DNA of 41,900 nt from Candidatus Bathyarchaeum sp. (GTDB taxonomy: Archaea > Thermoproteota > Bathyarchaeia > Bathyarchaeales > Bathyarchaeaceae), in contig JAOZIF010000165.1 of the NCBI GenBank assembly GCA_026014495.1, positions 1 to 41,900 of the forward strand, read 5' to 3'. Under the pieces are notes generated by a model. That model was not told the DNA's origin and searched no databases. It saw only the letters and a program-made list of their open reading frames with translations. Positions 8,891-16,066 of this stretch are shown piece after piece. Both the position numbers and the translations under genes were made by a program. Position 1 is the stretch's first letter. The number at the start of each line of letters is the position of its first letter.

Positions 8891-9661
8891 CTATGCTTTT
8901 AGTTTGGCATTTAATTTAGTTTGCAACGAGTCTAAAGCTGTTACTCTTATTCCGTTTCTTTTTAGTGCTAAAATTACGGCACTGCCGATGAGTGCTCCAA
9001 TGAGGCAGTTTAGTGAATCTGCTATTGCGTAATATATTGTTAGGGGTGCCCAGACCGGATAGAAGTCTGGTGTTCCCCAGCTTAGTACCCAAACTGCAAT
9101 GTTGTTTCCTGTGATTGTTTCACCGCCTATACGGGCTATCCATGCTAAGCACCAAAGAGCTACTGGTAGATACTTTTGGTTTCTAGTGACTATTGTGTTA
9201 ACAATCCGCTTCCGTATCGGTGGTATAGCAATAAGCGCTAATACAAACCAGTACTGCCAAGTGATAATAGGCATTATTTCATACCATGCAAATGGATGAG
9301 CAAACCATATCACAAGCTGACCTAAAAGAATCAATATCGCTTCTTTCCATCGGTTGAACAAAACTAGCCCACTCATTAATGCCGCTAATGTAGGCGCAAG
9401 AAACGTCAATATTCCAATAGATGTTGCGGGATTAACGTATGGAACTGTCCAGCCAAAAATTAAACCTGCTACTGTTCCGTATGCTGGACCTAGTAGTGGA
9501 GCTGTCAGGCTTGAAAGCAAAACACTGGAAAATGTGATGGTTACAGGTGTACCCGGAACCGGATAGATTATCAGGAAGCTGACTGAAAGGAGAAGGGCTG
9601 CCCAAATTGAGATTAAGGCTATGTTGAGGCTGCTGACTGTTTTGTTATTTGTTCCAGTCAA
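8891..9661 (-). CDS. Membrane protein, ECF S-component-like
   Basis: IWAALL motif, LLGPAYGTVAG, multiple TM segments. Confidence 0.6.
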   Translation of the reverse strand: MTGTNNKTVSSLNIALISIWAALLLSVSFLIIYPVPGTPVTITFSSVLLSSLTAPLLGPAYGTVAGLIFGWTVPYVNPATSIGILTFLAPTLAALMSGLVLFNRWKEAILILLGQLVIWFAHPFAWYEIMPIITWQYWFVLALIAIPPIRKRIVNTIVTRNQKYLPVALWCLAWIARIGGETITGNNIAVWVLSWGTPDFYPVWAPLTIYYAIADSLNCLIGALIGSAVILALKRNGIRVTALDSLQTKLNAKLKA

Positions 9662-9766
9662 ATTTGTTTCCTCAAATTTTTCATATACAAAATGTATTTT
9701 TTTACATTCTACGTTTTTCTATTTATCTTGTCGTTTGCTATATAAGATTAATCTTGACTTTCAACG

Positions 9767-9821
9767 TTTTTCAGAAAAAGCTATTTTTCAACAATGTTCT
9801 GCTATTAGTTTTCTAATATGC
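9767..9821 (-). repeat. Dispersed hairpin repeat A, copy 2
   Basis: Minus strand GCATATTAGAAAACTAATAGCAGAACATTGTTGAAAAATAGCTTTTTCTGAAAAA, starting about 10 nt after the EamA stop. Confidence 0.8.
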
Positions 9822-9830
9822 ATGAGGTTT

Positions 9831-10712
9831 TTAGTTTATGCTGATTAATATGACGCCTGTGATGATTAAAATGGCGTTTGCGACAAGTTTGAAGCTGATT
9901 TTTTCGATTTTTCTGAGGAATATGTAAGTGAATAGTAAGATAAATAGTAGTTCGGTTTGTAGGATTGGGGCGACTATTGAGACCATTTCTTGGCTTAGTG
10001 CAATAAAGGATAGTAGCCATCCTGTGGCTATGCCTATTCCTGGTTTCCAGAACATTTTGATGTCTTGTCGTGAAAACTTTGTGGCTCTTTTGTGACTGGA
10101 GAATTTTAGCACAATGAGATAAACGATTAGGGCTGTGGTGTATCCAACTGCGACTCCCAGTAGTGGCTGGTTGTAGATGTTTAAGCTTTCTTTTCGTACG
10201 ATTTGTGAGAAGGCTATGGCTAACGAGCCAAGTATGGGGATGATTAAGCCTTTTTTTGATGAATGTGTGGGTCTGGCTTCGTTGTTGTTTATGGTTTTTC
10301 CGATTAATATTACGCCCACTATGATGCATCCAAGTCCAATCCAGTTTTCCGTGGATAGTGTCTCGCTTAGAAGCAGAATCGCTGTGATGGAGGTGTATAT
10401 TGGGTATGTTGCGAATATTGATGCATTTGTTGAGATGCCTGCGGTTTCCATTCCCTTGAAGTAGAATAGTCTGGCTATTGCTGGGGCAAGTAGTCCCGCG
10501 ATTACGAAAAGCATTAGGGCTTCAAGGTTTACTGTGTTTAGGTTCGTGAACGCTAGGGCAAGAGGCCATAAGATGATGTTGCCCATGATTGTGACCGTCA
10601 ATGATATGTAAACAAAGTTTGATTTGTCCAAGTTCTTTCTGACCAGTATCTGTGACAACCCAAATGACATCGCAGAAAGCAAAGCCAGAACAATACCAAA
10701 CATGACTGCCAC
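9831..10712 (-). CDS. EamA/DMT family transporter
   Basis: About 10 TM segments in two repeated halves; YFKGMETAGISTNASI...PIYTSI. Confidence 0.85.
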   Translation of the reverse strand: MAVMFGIVLALLSAMSFGLSQILVRKNLDKSNFVYISLTVTIMGNIILWPLALAFTNLNTVNLEALMLFVIAGLLAPAIARLFYFKGMETAGISTNASIFATYPIYTSITAILLLSETLSTENWIGLGCIIVGVILIGKTINNNEARPTHSSKKGLIIPILGSLAIAFSQIVRKESLNIYNQPLLGVAVGYTTALIVYLIVLKFSSHKRATKFSRQDIKMFWKPGIGIATGWLLSFIALSQEMVSIVAPILQTELLFILLFTYIFLRKIEKISFKLVANAILIITGVILISIN

Positions 10713-10839
10713 AAAACTGTACGGAGACTATTAAACAAAACCATTTACCCCTTTTGCTGAGCGTGCCTAGAAGGCATTTTAAATTGTGATTTTAGTTTCA
10801 TAAACAATAAATTAGTTTCAATCTAAAAGCCATTAGAAA

Positions 10840-10965
10840 ATGTTGGGCCTGTTAGTTTTTGTAGTGTCTTTCCTTTGTCTTTTCATTGGAACTATACTGT
10901 TTCCCAGCATGCCGCCTGGGCAACTACTATGTGACGTTTTCGGAAACTCGATACTGTTAAGTTAA
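10840..10965 (+). pseudogene. 5' fragment of a small membrane-protein gene truncated by the transposon left end
   Basis: ATG 10840: MLGLLVFVVSFLCLFIGTILFPSMPPGQLLCDVFGN, running into the left TIR, where it stops (TAA 10963-10965). Confidence 0.5.
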
Positions 10966-10972
10966 GTTACCT
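10950..10972 (+). repeat. Left terminal inverted repeat
   Basis: GATACTGTTAAGTTAAGTTACCT; starts like IS6-family ends (IS26 GGCACTGTT). Confidence 0.9.
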
Positions 10973-10984
10973 AAAAAACTAGTT

Positions 10985-12187
10985 TCAAGTCAGTGTTTTT
11001 TGGCAGGTTCCACTTTTGAATCTCTTGATTCTCTGTATGTGAGTCTTTTCAACATACTTCTTTTCAGCTAAATATTCAGGTAAATCCATGTGTTTTATTA
11101 CACCTCTAAGATTTAGTGCTTCCCAAGCCAACTGTTCATTATTAATTAGCGCCTCACACCGTTGTAGCTTGGACTTGGACGAGAACGAATCCAAAAACTT
11201 TTGCCACGAAATACACGAATTGTCTTTTGGATACATGTCAGCTATTCTTTCAGTACCAACAACTCTATAATAACCATAGTCATTACGGTTAAAAAGACGC
11301 AATTTTCTTTCTTCAGTCTCAGGGGTTGGACCTAAACCAATTCCACCAACATCAAATTTTGGACGTTTATGCTTTTTTCCCAATCCATCAAAACCAAACC
11401 CGAAAGAAAAAATGTTTTTTGAAGTCACAGCTTCCCTTTTTTTGGATAACCGACCTGCACTTACATTATAAGCGTAAAGAAATGTGTTATCCAAAACTCT
11501 TTCTTGAACTAATAATTTGAAAACATCGAGGAGGTCAGCCTCCATTGTGATGGGGTTCCTTGCAGCGAAATCATAATAAAAAGCGTTAATTTCGTTCTTT
11601 AGATAGAATAAAATTAATTCATTTGTGTACTGGTATGGTAGTTTTGGTATCGCCCCCATAACAGGTTTACCATTATACCTCCGTAGATATTCCAAAGTAG
11701 CAGAAATAAATTTGAGATATTTCTGGAATTTTGCATCAGAATTTATCCCATCAGTAATTAAGGGAATGTTTGGTATTGGTACGATACTTGAATTGGCATG
11801 TGCTCTATTTAGAATAAACTGCCAAATAGTATCGGATGGATACCTTTGTATAATGCATTCAAAAATACAAATATCAAACTCATGTTGTGAGCTATTATTT
11901 GATTTAGGCTTTTGTGCGCGTATTCTTCTTTCAAAAGCTTGTTTTACGGTCATATCCTTAACGAGCTTATTGAGCGGTCTGTTTTTGTTACTTATTTCAC
12001 AATAAATTTCGTTAAGCCCTCGTGTGCCTGAGGCTACATTTTCATTGCTGTTAATGAGTTTGTTATTATATGCCACAATAGGTGTTTTTATGGAAAAATC
12101 ACTAGCAATACGAAGACTTTTAGTTGAGTATAATGTTTCATCGTTTTTGTCTTTTTCAAGCAGTTTAACTTCTAGTCTAGTCATCAT
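10985..12187 (-). CDS. Hypothetical protein, probable tRNA-guanine transglycosylase (TGT)-like TIM barrel
   Basis: N-terminal SIKTPIVAY resembles TGT IETP; C-terminal LINNEQLAWEALNLRGVIK resembles TGT HNL...IREAI; no DSGG or CxCxxC motif. Confidence 0.5.
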   Translation of the reverse strand: MMTRLEVKLLEKDKNDETLYSTKSLRIASDFSIKTPIVAYNNKLINSNENVASGTRGLNEIYCEISNKNRPLNKLVKDMTVKQAFERRIRAQKPKSNNSSQHEFDICIFECIIQRYPSDTIWQFILNRAHANSSIVPIPNIPLITDGINSDAKFQKYLKFISATLEYLRRYNGKPVMGAIPKLPYQYTNELILFYLKNEINAFYYDFAARNPITMEADLLDVFKLLVQERVLDNTFLYAYNVSAGRLSKKREAVTSKNIFSFGFGFDGLGKKHKRPKFDVGGIGLGPTPETEERKLRLFNRNDYGYYRVVGTERIADMYPKDNSCISWQKFLDSFSSKSKLQRCEALINNEQLAWEALNLRGVIKHMDLPEYLAEKKYVEKTHIQRIKRFKSGTCQKTLT

Positions 12188-12197
12188 TTGCCCCTAT

Positions 12198-12680
12198 TTA
12201 TTTTGAACATCTGAATGTTGATTTGTTAAGTTTATTCAAAAGCTTTTCCTTGATTAATTGGTCTATTATGCCCAAATGATTCATTAGATTCAATAAACCT
12301 TCAGTGCCTGTTTTCTTTAATCCTAGTTTGTCTGCTACTCTTCTTCCTGCACCTTCATCAATCACACATTCAAAAGGTTGATTTTGTTTTTTTAACTCTA
12401 AAGCATACTGTAATACTTCAACTTCACCATAGTCGAGCATTGGATAAAGTTCTTTAAATGTATCAAATTCTTTTTTCGATACTTGTTTAGTAATAATCCA
12501 TTTTTCATCTATCGCTTTAGCGAGTCTAGATTTTCCCGGTTCTTTTTTTACCTCAAATGCAACACCATCAGTTACAATAAGTGAATAACCAATCAAAGTA
12601 AGGGCATACAAGTACTCCCCATCATCCATCTCCGTCATAAAACCAATAATCGTTGAGGCATCCAAAATAAGCGAAGTCAT
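12198..12680 (-). CDS. PIN-domain toxin (DUF3368/COG2405-like)
   Basis: LILDAS, VAFE, LDYGEVE, VIDEGAGRRVADKLGLKKTGTEGLL; acidic PIN residues retained. Confidence 0.8.
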   Translation of the reverse strand: MTSLILDASTIIGFMTEMDDGEYLYALTLIGYSLIVTDGVAFEVKKEPGKSRLAKAIDEKWIITKQVSKKEFDTFKELYPMLDYGEVEVLQYALELKKQNQPFECVIDEGAGRRVADKLGLKKTGTEGLLNLMNHLGIIDQLIKEKLLNKLNKSTFRCSK

Positions 12681-12686
12681 TCCACA

Positions 12687-13271
12687 TCACTCAGCGAAAA
12701 CGGAGACACCCTTTGATTGTAATAACGCGATTACATCTTCTTGATATAACCCAGAAATTTCAGCAGCTTTCCCAAGACTTATTTTCTTTTTTTTGAACAA
12801 ATTAACAGCGACTTCTTGTCTCTTTGTTTCTATTCTCTTGAACTCTAACGAGTCATCTCGCATGTCTGGGTATGAGTAATAAATGAACCCTAACAACTCA
12901 TCTTTTGTCAAGTCATTCAGAAACAACTTCATTTCTGAAATCGAGTTCATTTTAGAAGTAAATTCTATCTCCAATTTTTTTGCGATTTTTTTCCCATATT
13001 TTGTAAGTTGTTTTTGTTTCGGGTCAACAATCTTTTCTATACGTAGTCTATCAGTCTGCTCATCAGCTAATTCACTATATGGCCCCATAAAATCGGATTC
13101 AAACTCAGCCTCTTCTGCTAAGTCAGGCAATATTTTTGAAATAAGGAACAACTCTTTTTGATACCATAATTTGCCTTTTATAGGTTCCAAATTATTTGCA
13201 GCATAGAGAAGAATGGTTATTTTTTGTGTTAATGATAGGCGTTTCTCTATGTTATTGCTCGTCTTCGACAC
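12687..13271 (-). CDS. Antitoxin-like fusion: SocA/Panacea(DUF4065)-like N-domain plus UPF0175 HTH
   Basis: GKLWYQKELFLI...FESDFMGPYS; C-terminal AVNLFKKKKISLGKAAEISG. Confidence 0.7.
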   Translation of the reverse strand: MSKTSNNIEKRLSLTQKITILLYAANNLEPIKGKLWYQKELFLISKILPDLAEEAEFESDFMGPYSELADEQTDRLRIEKIVDPKQKQLTKYGKKIAKKLEIEFTSKMNSISEMKLFLNDLTKDELLGFIYYSYPDMRDDSLEFKRIETKRQEVAVNLFKKKKISLGKAAEISGLYQEDVIALLQSKGVSVFAE

Positions 13272-13422
13272 TCTCCTCAGTCACAGGTTCAAGCAAGATA
13301 ACCTTAACTTGCTTATGTATCCACGCTTTTGGCAAGTATATCCTTCCCGTCGTACCTGACACGGCAACTCTCCTTTCTAATACTTGATAACCTGAAACTT
13401 TAACTTCCATTTCGGCATTCAT
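13252..13422 (-). CDS. DUF2080-family transposon-associated small protein (AbrB-like), not in ORF track
   Basis: MNAEMEVKVSGYQVLERRVAVSGTTGRIYLPKAWIHKQVKVILLEPVTEESVEDEQ; alternative start 13410; overlaps the start of the antitoxin gene. Confidence 0.8.
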   Translation of the reverse strand: MNAEMEVKVSGYQVLERRVAVSGTTGRIYLPKAWIHKQVKVILLEPVTEESVEDEQ

Positions 13423-13547
13423 AATAATAGCTATATTATAGCTTATTTATATCTTTTTTTAATTATTTTATGGCTATTTTATAGCTAATAAACGTAAGGT
13501 ATATATACTTGGGTATCCTAAAGGATACCTGTAAGAGCGTGAAAGAA
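13423..13547. promoter_or_regulatory. Divergent promoter region with two TATA boxes and three palindromes
   Basis: Minus-strand AAAAAAAG-ATATAAAT at about 13445-13460; plus-strand GTATATATAC at 13499-13508; GCTAT-N3-ATAGC at 13430-13442 and 13473-13485; GGTATCCT-AA-AGGATACC at 13512-13529. Confidence 0.7.
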
Positions 13548-14456
13548 ATGAACTGCAAATATTGTGACTCTGAGAACATAATCAAGAAAGGAGTCAGACA
13601 TAACAAGCAAACTTACAAGTGTAAAGACTGTGGTCACATTTTTGTTGCTAACGGCAAATTTTCAAGAATGCGAAACGACAAGCACATCATAGTTACAGCT
13701 CTTAATCTCTACTATGACGGCTTATCTCTCCGAAAAACACAACGCAACTTAGAACAGATTTTTGGAGAGAAAATATCTCAAGTCACAATATTGAACTGGA
13801 TTAAGAAGTATTCACGACTTGTAAAAGAATACATGATTTCTCAGGTACCACAACTTTCAGGATTATGGCACGAAGATGAAACAGTAATCAAGTGTGAAGG
13901 AAGAAACGTTTGGTTCTGGGAAATGATAGATGAAGATACAAAATTTATGGTTGCTTCTCACCTATCTAACACAAGAACGTTTAATGATACAGTAGCCATC
14001 TTCAAGAAGGGATTTGAGCAGAGCAAGGTTCGACCTAAAGCGGTTTTTGTCGATGGCTGCAACGCTTACTATCGAGCGTTCAACAAAGTGTTCTACACCC
14101 TCCGAAAAGATACTCGCCCAGAGCTAGTGCAAAGAGTTGGAGTAAGAACTAGAGAAACAAACAACATAGTTGAAAGACTGCATGGTACACTTAAAGATAG
14201 AACAAAGCCAATGCGAGGACTCAAGAATTATGAATCCACAAAACTACTGCTTGAAGGATACTCAGTCCACTACAATTGTGTTAGACCGCACCAAAGTCTA
14301 GGCGGTAAAACTCCCGCTCAAGCTACAAGAATGAACGTTCCAAACAATTGGAAAGGCTTAATTGATGAAGCAACGAAACATGAAGCAATTCTATTAGCTA
14401 AAGTGTTCGGTGAAAAAACGGAAGAAAAACAGGGAATAAAGGTGGTCAGTAAATGA
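13548..14456 (+). CDS. IS6-family DDE transposase with N-terminal zinc ribbon
   Basis: CKYC...CKDC, HTH, WHEDET / VFVDG / NNIVER catalytic triad, HYNCVRPHQSLGGKTPA. ATG 13548 is preferred to TTG 13509, which lies just after the TATA box. Confidence 0.9.
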   Translation: MNCKYCDSENIIKKGVRHNKQTYKCKDCGHIFVANGKFSRMRNDKHIIVTALNLYYDGLSLRKTQRNLEQIFGEKISQVTILNWIKKYSRLVKEYMISQVPQLSGLWHEDETVIKCEGRNVWFWEMIDEDTKFMVASHLSNTRTFNDTVAIFKKGFEQSKVRPKAVFVDGCNAYYRAFNKVFYTLRKDTRPELVQRVGVRTRETNNIVERLHGTLKDRTKPMRGLKNYESTKLLLEGYSVHYNCVRPHQSLGGKTPAQATRMNVPNNWKGLIDEATKHEAILLAKVFGEKTEEKQGIKVVSK

Positions 14457-14620
14457 AAAAAATCTTAGTAGCTCTACCAAAGGGTGTAATTGACATTTTA
14501 GACAAAGAAGTTGTTGGCAAACTAGGCGAAGGTTATAGTGACACATTACGCACAATTATTATGAATTGGTTAGGCGAACAGGGTTACTTATCAAAAGGTG
14601 GAAAAAGTGAAAAAATCTAA
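14453..14620 (+). CDS. Ribbon-helix-helix (CopG-like) protein, 55 aa, not in ORF track
   Basis: MKKILVALPKGVIDILDKEVVGKLGEGYSDTLRTIIMNWL...; ATGA overlap with the transposase stop. Confidence 0.75.
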   Translation: MKKILVALPKGVIDILDKEVVGKLGEGYSDTLRTIIMNWLGEQGYLSKGGKSEKI

Positions 14621-14759
14621 AGTTGACAGAGAACCAACCGAAGAAATAGACCTTTTAGATGATATGCTCTCAAGTCTAGTTGACTTGCTTATTGAGAAAG
14701 GCGTTATTACAGAAGAAGAATATGAGAAGCGAATTAAGCAACGAGTTAAAATAAAATAA
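14607..14759 (+). CDS. Small acidic protein with SHOCT-like motif, 50 aa, not in ORF track
   Basis: GTG start after GGTGG RBS; LVDLLIEKGVITEEEYEKRI. Confidence 0.65.
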   Translation: MKKSKVDREPTEEIDLLDDMLSSLVDLLIEKGVITEEEYEKRIKQRVKIK

Positions 14760-14764
14760 ATTTT

Positions 14765-14959
14765 CTAATTTTTCTCTTTTCCCAAATATATTAACAACAT
14801 TGCCAATAACCCAAGAATAGTTATTTGAATTGAATAACTCAGCACTTGGTAGTTAACGCAAAAATAAATGAACAAAAGTAAGTCAATAAAGGCGATAATT
14901 AACCCAGCTGTGAATAATATCCAATTCATAGTAACCAATAATTTTGAAGCAAAAGACAT
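14765..14959 (-). CDS. Small two-TM membrane protein (passenger gene)
   Basis: 64 aa with two hydrophobic segments; starts 16 bp inside the right TIR. Confidence 0.55.
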   Translation of the reverse strand: MSFASKLLVTMNWILFTAGLIIAFIDLLLFIYFCVNYQVLSYSIQITILGLLAMLLIYLGKEKN

Positions 14960-14975
14960 ATCTTAAATTTTCGGC

Positions 14976-14998
14976 AGGTAACTTAACTTAACAGTATC
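14976..14998 (-). repeat. Right terminal inverted repeat
   Basis: AGGTAACTTAACTTAACAGTATC, the exact reverse complement of 10950-10972. Confidence 0.9.
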
Positions 14999-15208
14999 GT
15001 AGTGGACGATAAAATATATGCAATTGGAGGCCAACAAGGTACTGCTCAAACCCCAACGAAATACTGCAACACAAACGAAGTTTACACTCCAACGGGTTAC
15101 ATTCCAGAGCTTTCTTCTTGGTTAGCTCTTCCCTTGGTTATAACAGGTGTATTGGTTGCTGTTTTAGTTAAGAAAAAGTTACAAAAAACTGCTTGTACAA
15201 GAGATTAA
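14999..15208 (+). pseudogene. 3' remnant of a Kelch-repeat surface protein with a PEF-CTERM-like tail
   Basis: VVDDKIYAIGG...NTNEVYTP (Kelch repeat), IPEL, TM segment, KKK; begins exactly at the TIR junction. Confidence 0.75.
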
Positions 15209-15218
15209 TAAAAAAACA

Positions 15219-15256
15219 TTTTTTCAACAATGTTCTGCTATTAGTCTCCTAATATG
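15219..15256 (-). repeat. Dispersed hairpin repeat A, copy 3
   Basis: Minus strand CATATTAGGAGACTAATAGCAGAACATTGTTGAAAAAA. Confidence 0.8.
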
Positions 15257-15306
15257 ATTTTGTCTGTTGGGCAGGGATGCTCTGTTACTCTTGTGGTTTA
15301 TGTCGT

Positions 15307-15894
15307 TCAGGATGTTTTGTTAGGGCGCCTGTACATTATGATTGATAACAGGGTTGTTGCAATGAAGAGGGGCAGAACAAATAATGTGGAGAACTCAGGT
15401 ATGTCGTTTTCTTGATTTTTAGTGTCAATTGTGAAATAGATTGTGTCAGCCCAAGAAGCTTCATAGTCTGCGCTGCCCGGATAAGTTGGTTCGAACGATG
15501 CACTTAAAGGGCTTGCTCAATGGTAATCATATATGCCACACAGAACATAGATAGTTAAACTGTGTGAGCCCTCAGGCAATTCTGGCAAGGTTACATATCC
15601 AGTTGCTTTGTTGACAACATGTAGTTCTGTAGGGTTTTTGGGGACTAAGGGTATAGTGCCTTCATATTTTTCGTCGATGCTGTAAGTTAAAGAACAGTCT
15701 ACGCCCAATCCAATACCGAAAGTGAGGTTTAGAATTAAACAGTTGGAATTGTAGGTTCTGTTGAGGGGAGAATAAACGATGGTTCCAGACGAAAGGCAAA
15801 TGGAATCTTCCGATTCAGCCGCAACAACATGAGCATACAGAAGCGTGATAGAGGAAAACAACAAGAAAATAAATATTGACTTAAGTTTACTCAA
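15307..15894 (-). pseudogene. PEF-CTERM surface protein with an in-frame TGA at 15517-15519
   Basis: Signal peptide; frame continues 69 codons past TGA (YDYH*ASPLSASFEPTYPG...NDIPEFSTLFVLPLFIATTLLSIIMYRRPNKTS). Confidence 0.75.
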
Positions 15895-16066
15895 TTCAAC
15901 TCACTTTATGATTTGTTTATTTTTTTGGTAAACAACTGCAGCGATTGTGACAACAACACAATTACATGCAGGGCTCTTTGTCACTAATGTACAATCAAGA
16001 AGTGTCGTTTAGCTCTGCTTGCGGAACACAGTTGTTCCGATTGTGGAACAAAGAGTTGTGGGTTGA

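Larger units (their letters stand above)
10950..14998. mobile_element. IS6-family unit transposon with passenger genes (4,049 bp)
   Basis: Perfect 23-bp TIRs, internal DDE transposase, DUF2080 gene, AT-rich cargo, truncated host genes on both sides. Confidence 0.88.

Noticed and set aside
9805-10329. 174-aa alternate-frame ORF
   Set aside because: It overlaps the EamA gene on the same strand in another frame; His/Asn/Thr-rich composition is typical of a shadow ORF.
10985-12187. Calling the 400-aa ORF a genuine tgt/dpdA or part of a Dpd cluster
   Set aside because: It lacks the DSGG and Zn-binding motifs, and no dpdB/dpdC, queC/D/E or folE genes are nearby. Only fold-level resemblance is claimed.
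13509-13547. TTG 13509 as transposase start
   Set aside because: It lies immediately after the TATA box and across the operator palindrome. ATG 13548 starts directly at the zinc ribbon.
10942-15006. 8-bp target-site duplication; TIR extended to 24 bp
   Set aside because: The flanks do not match in either register. C10949 and G14999 fit the codons of the interrupted host genes (Ser tcN, Val gta), so the extra pair is treated as coincidence.
15517-15519. Selenocysteine recoding of the in-frame UGA
   Set aside because: No redox context, no recognisable SECIS or sel genes in the window. A single GGA-to-TGA change is simpler.
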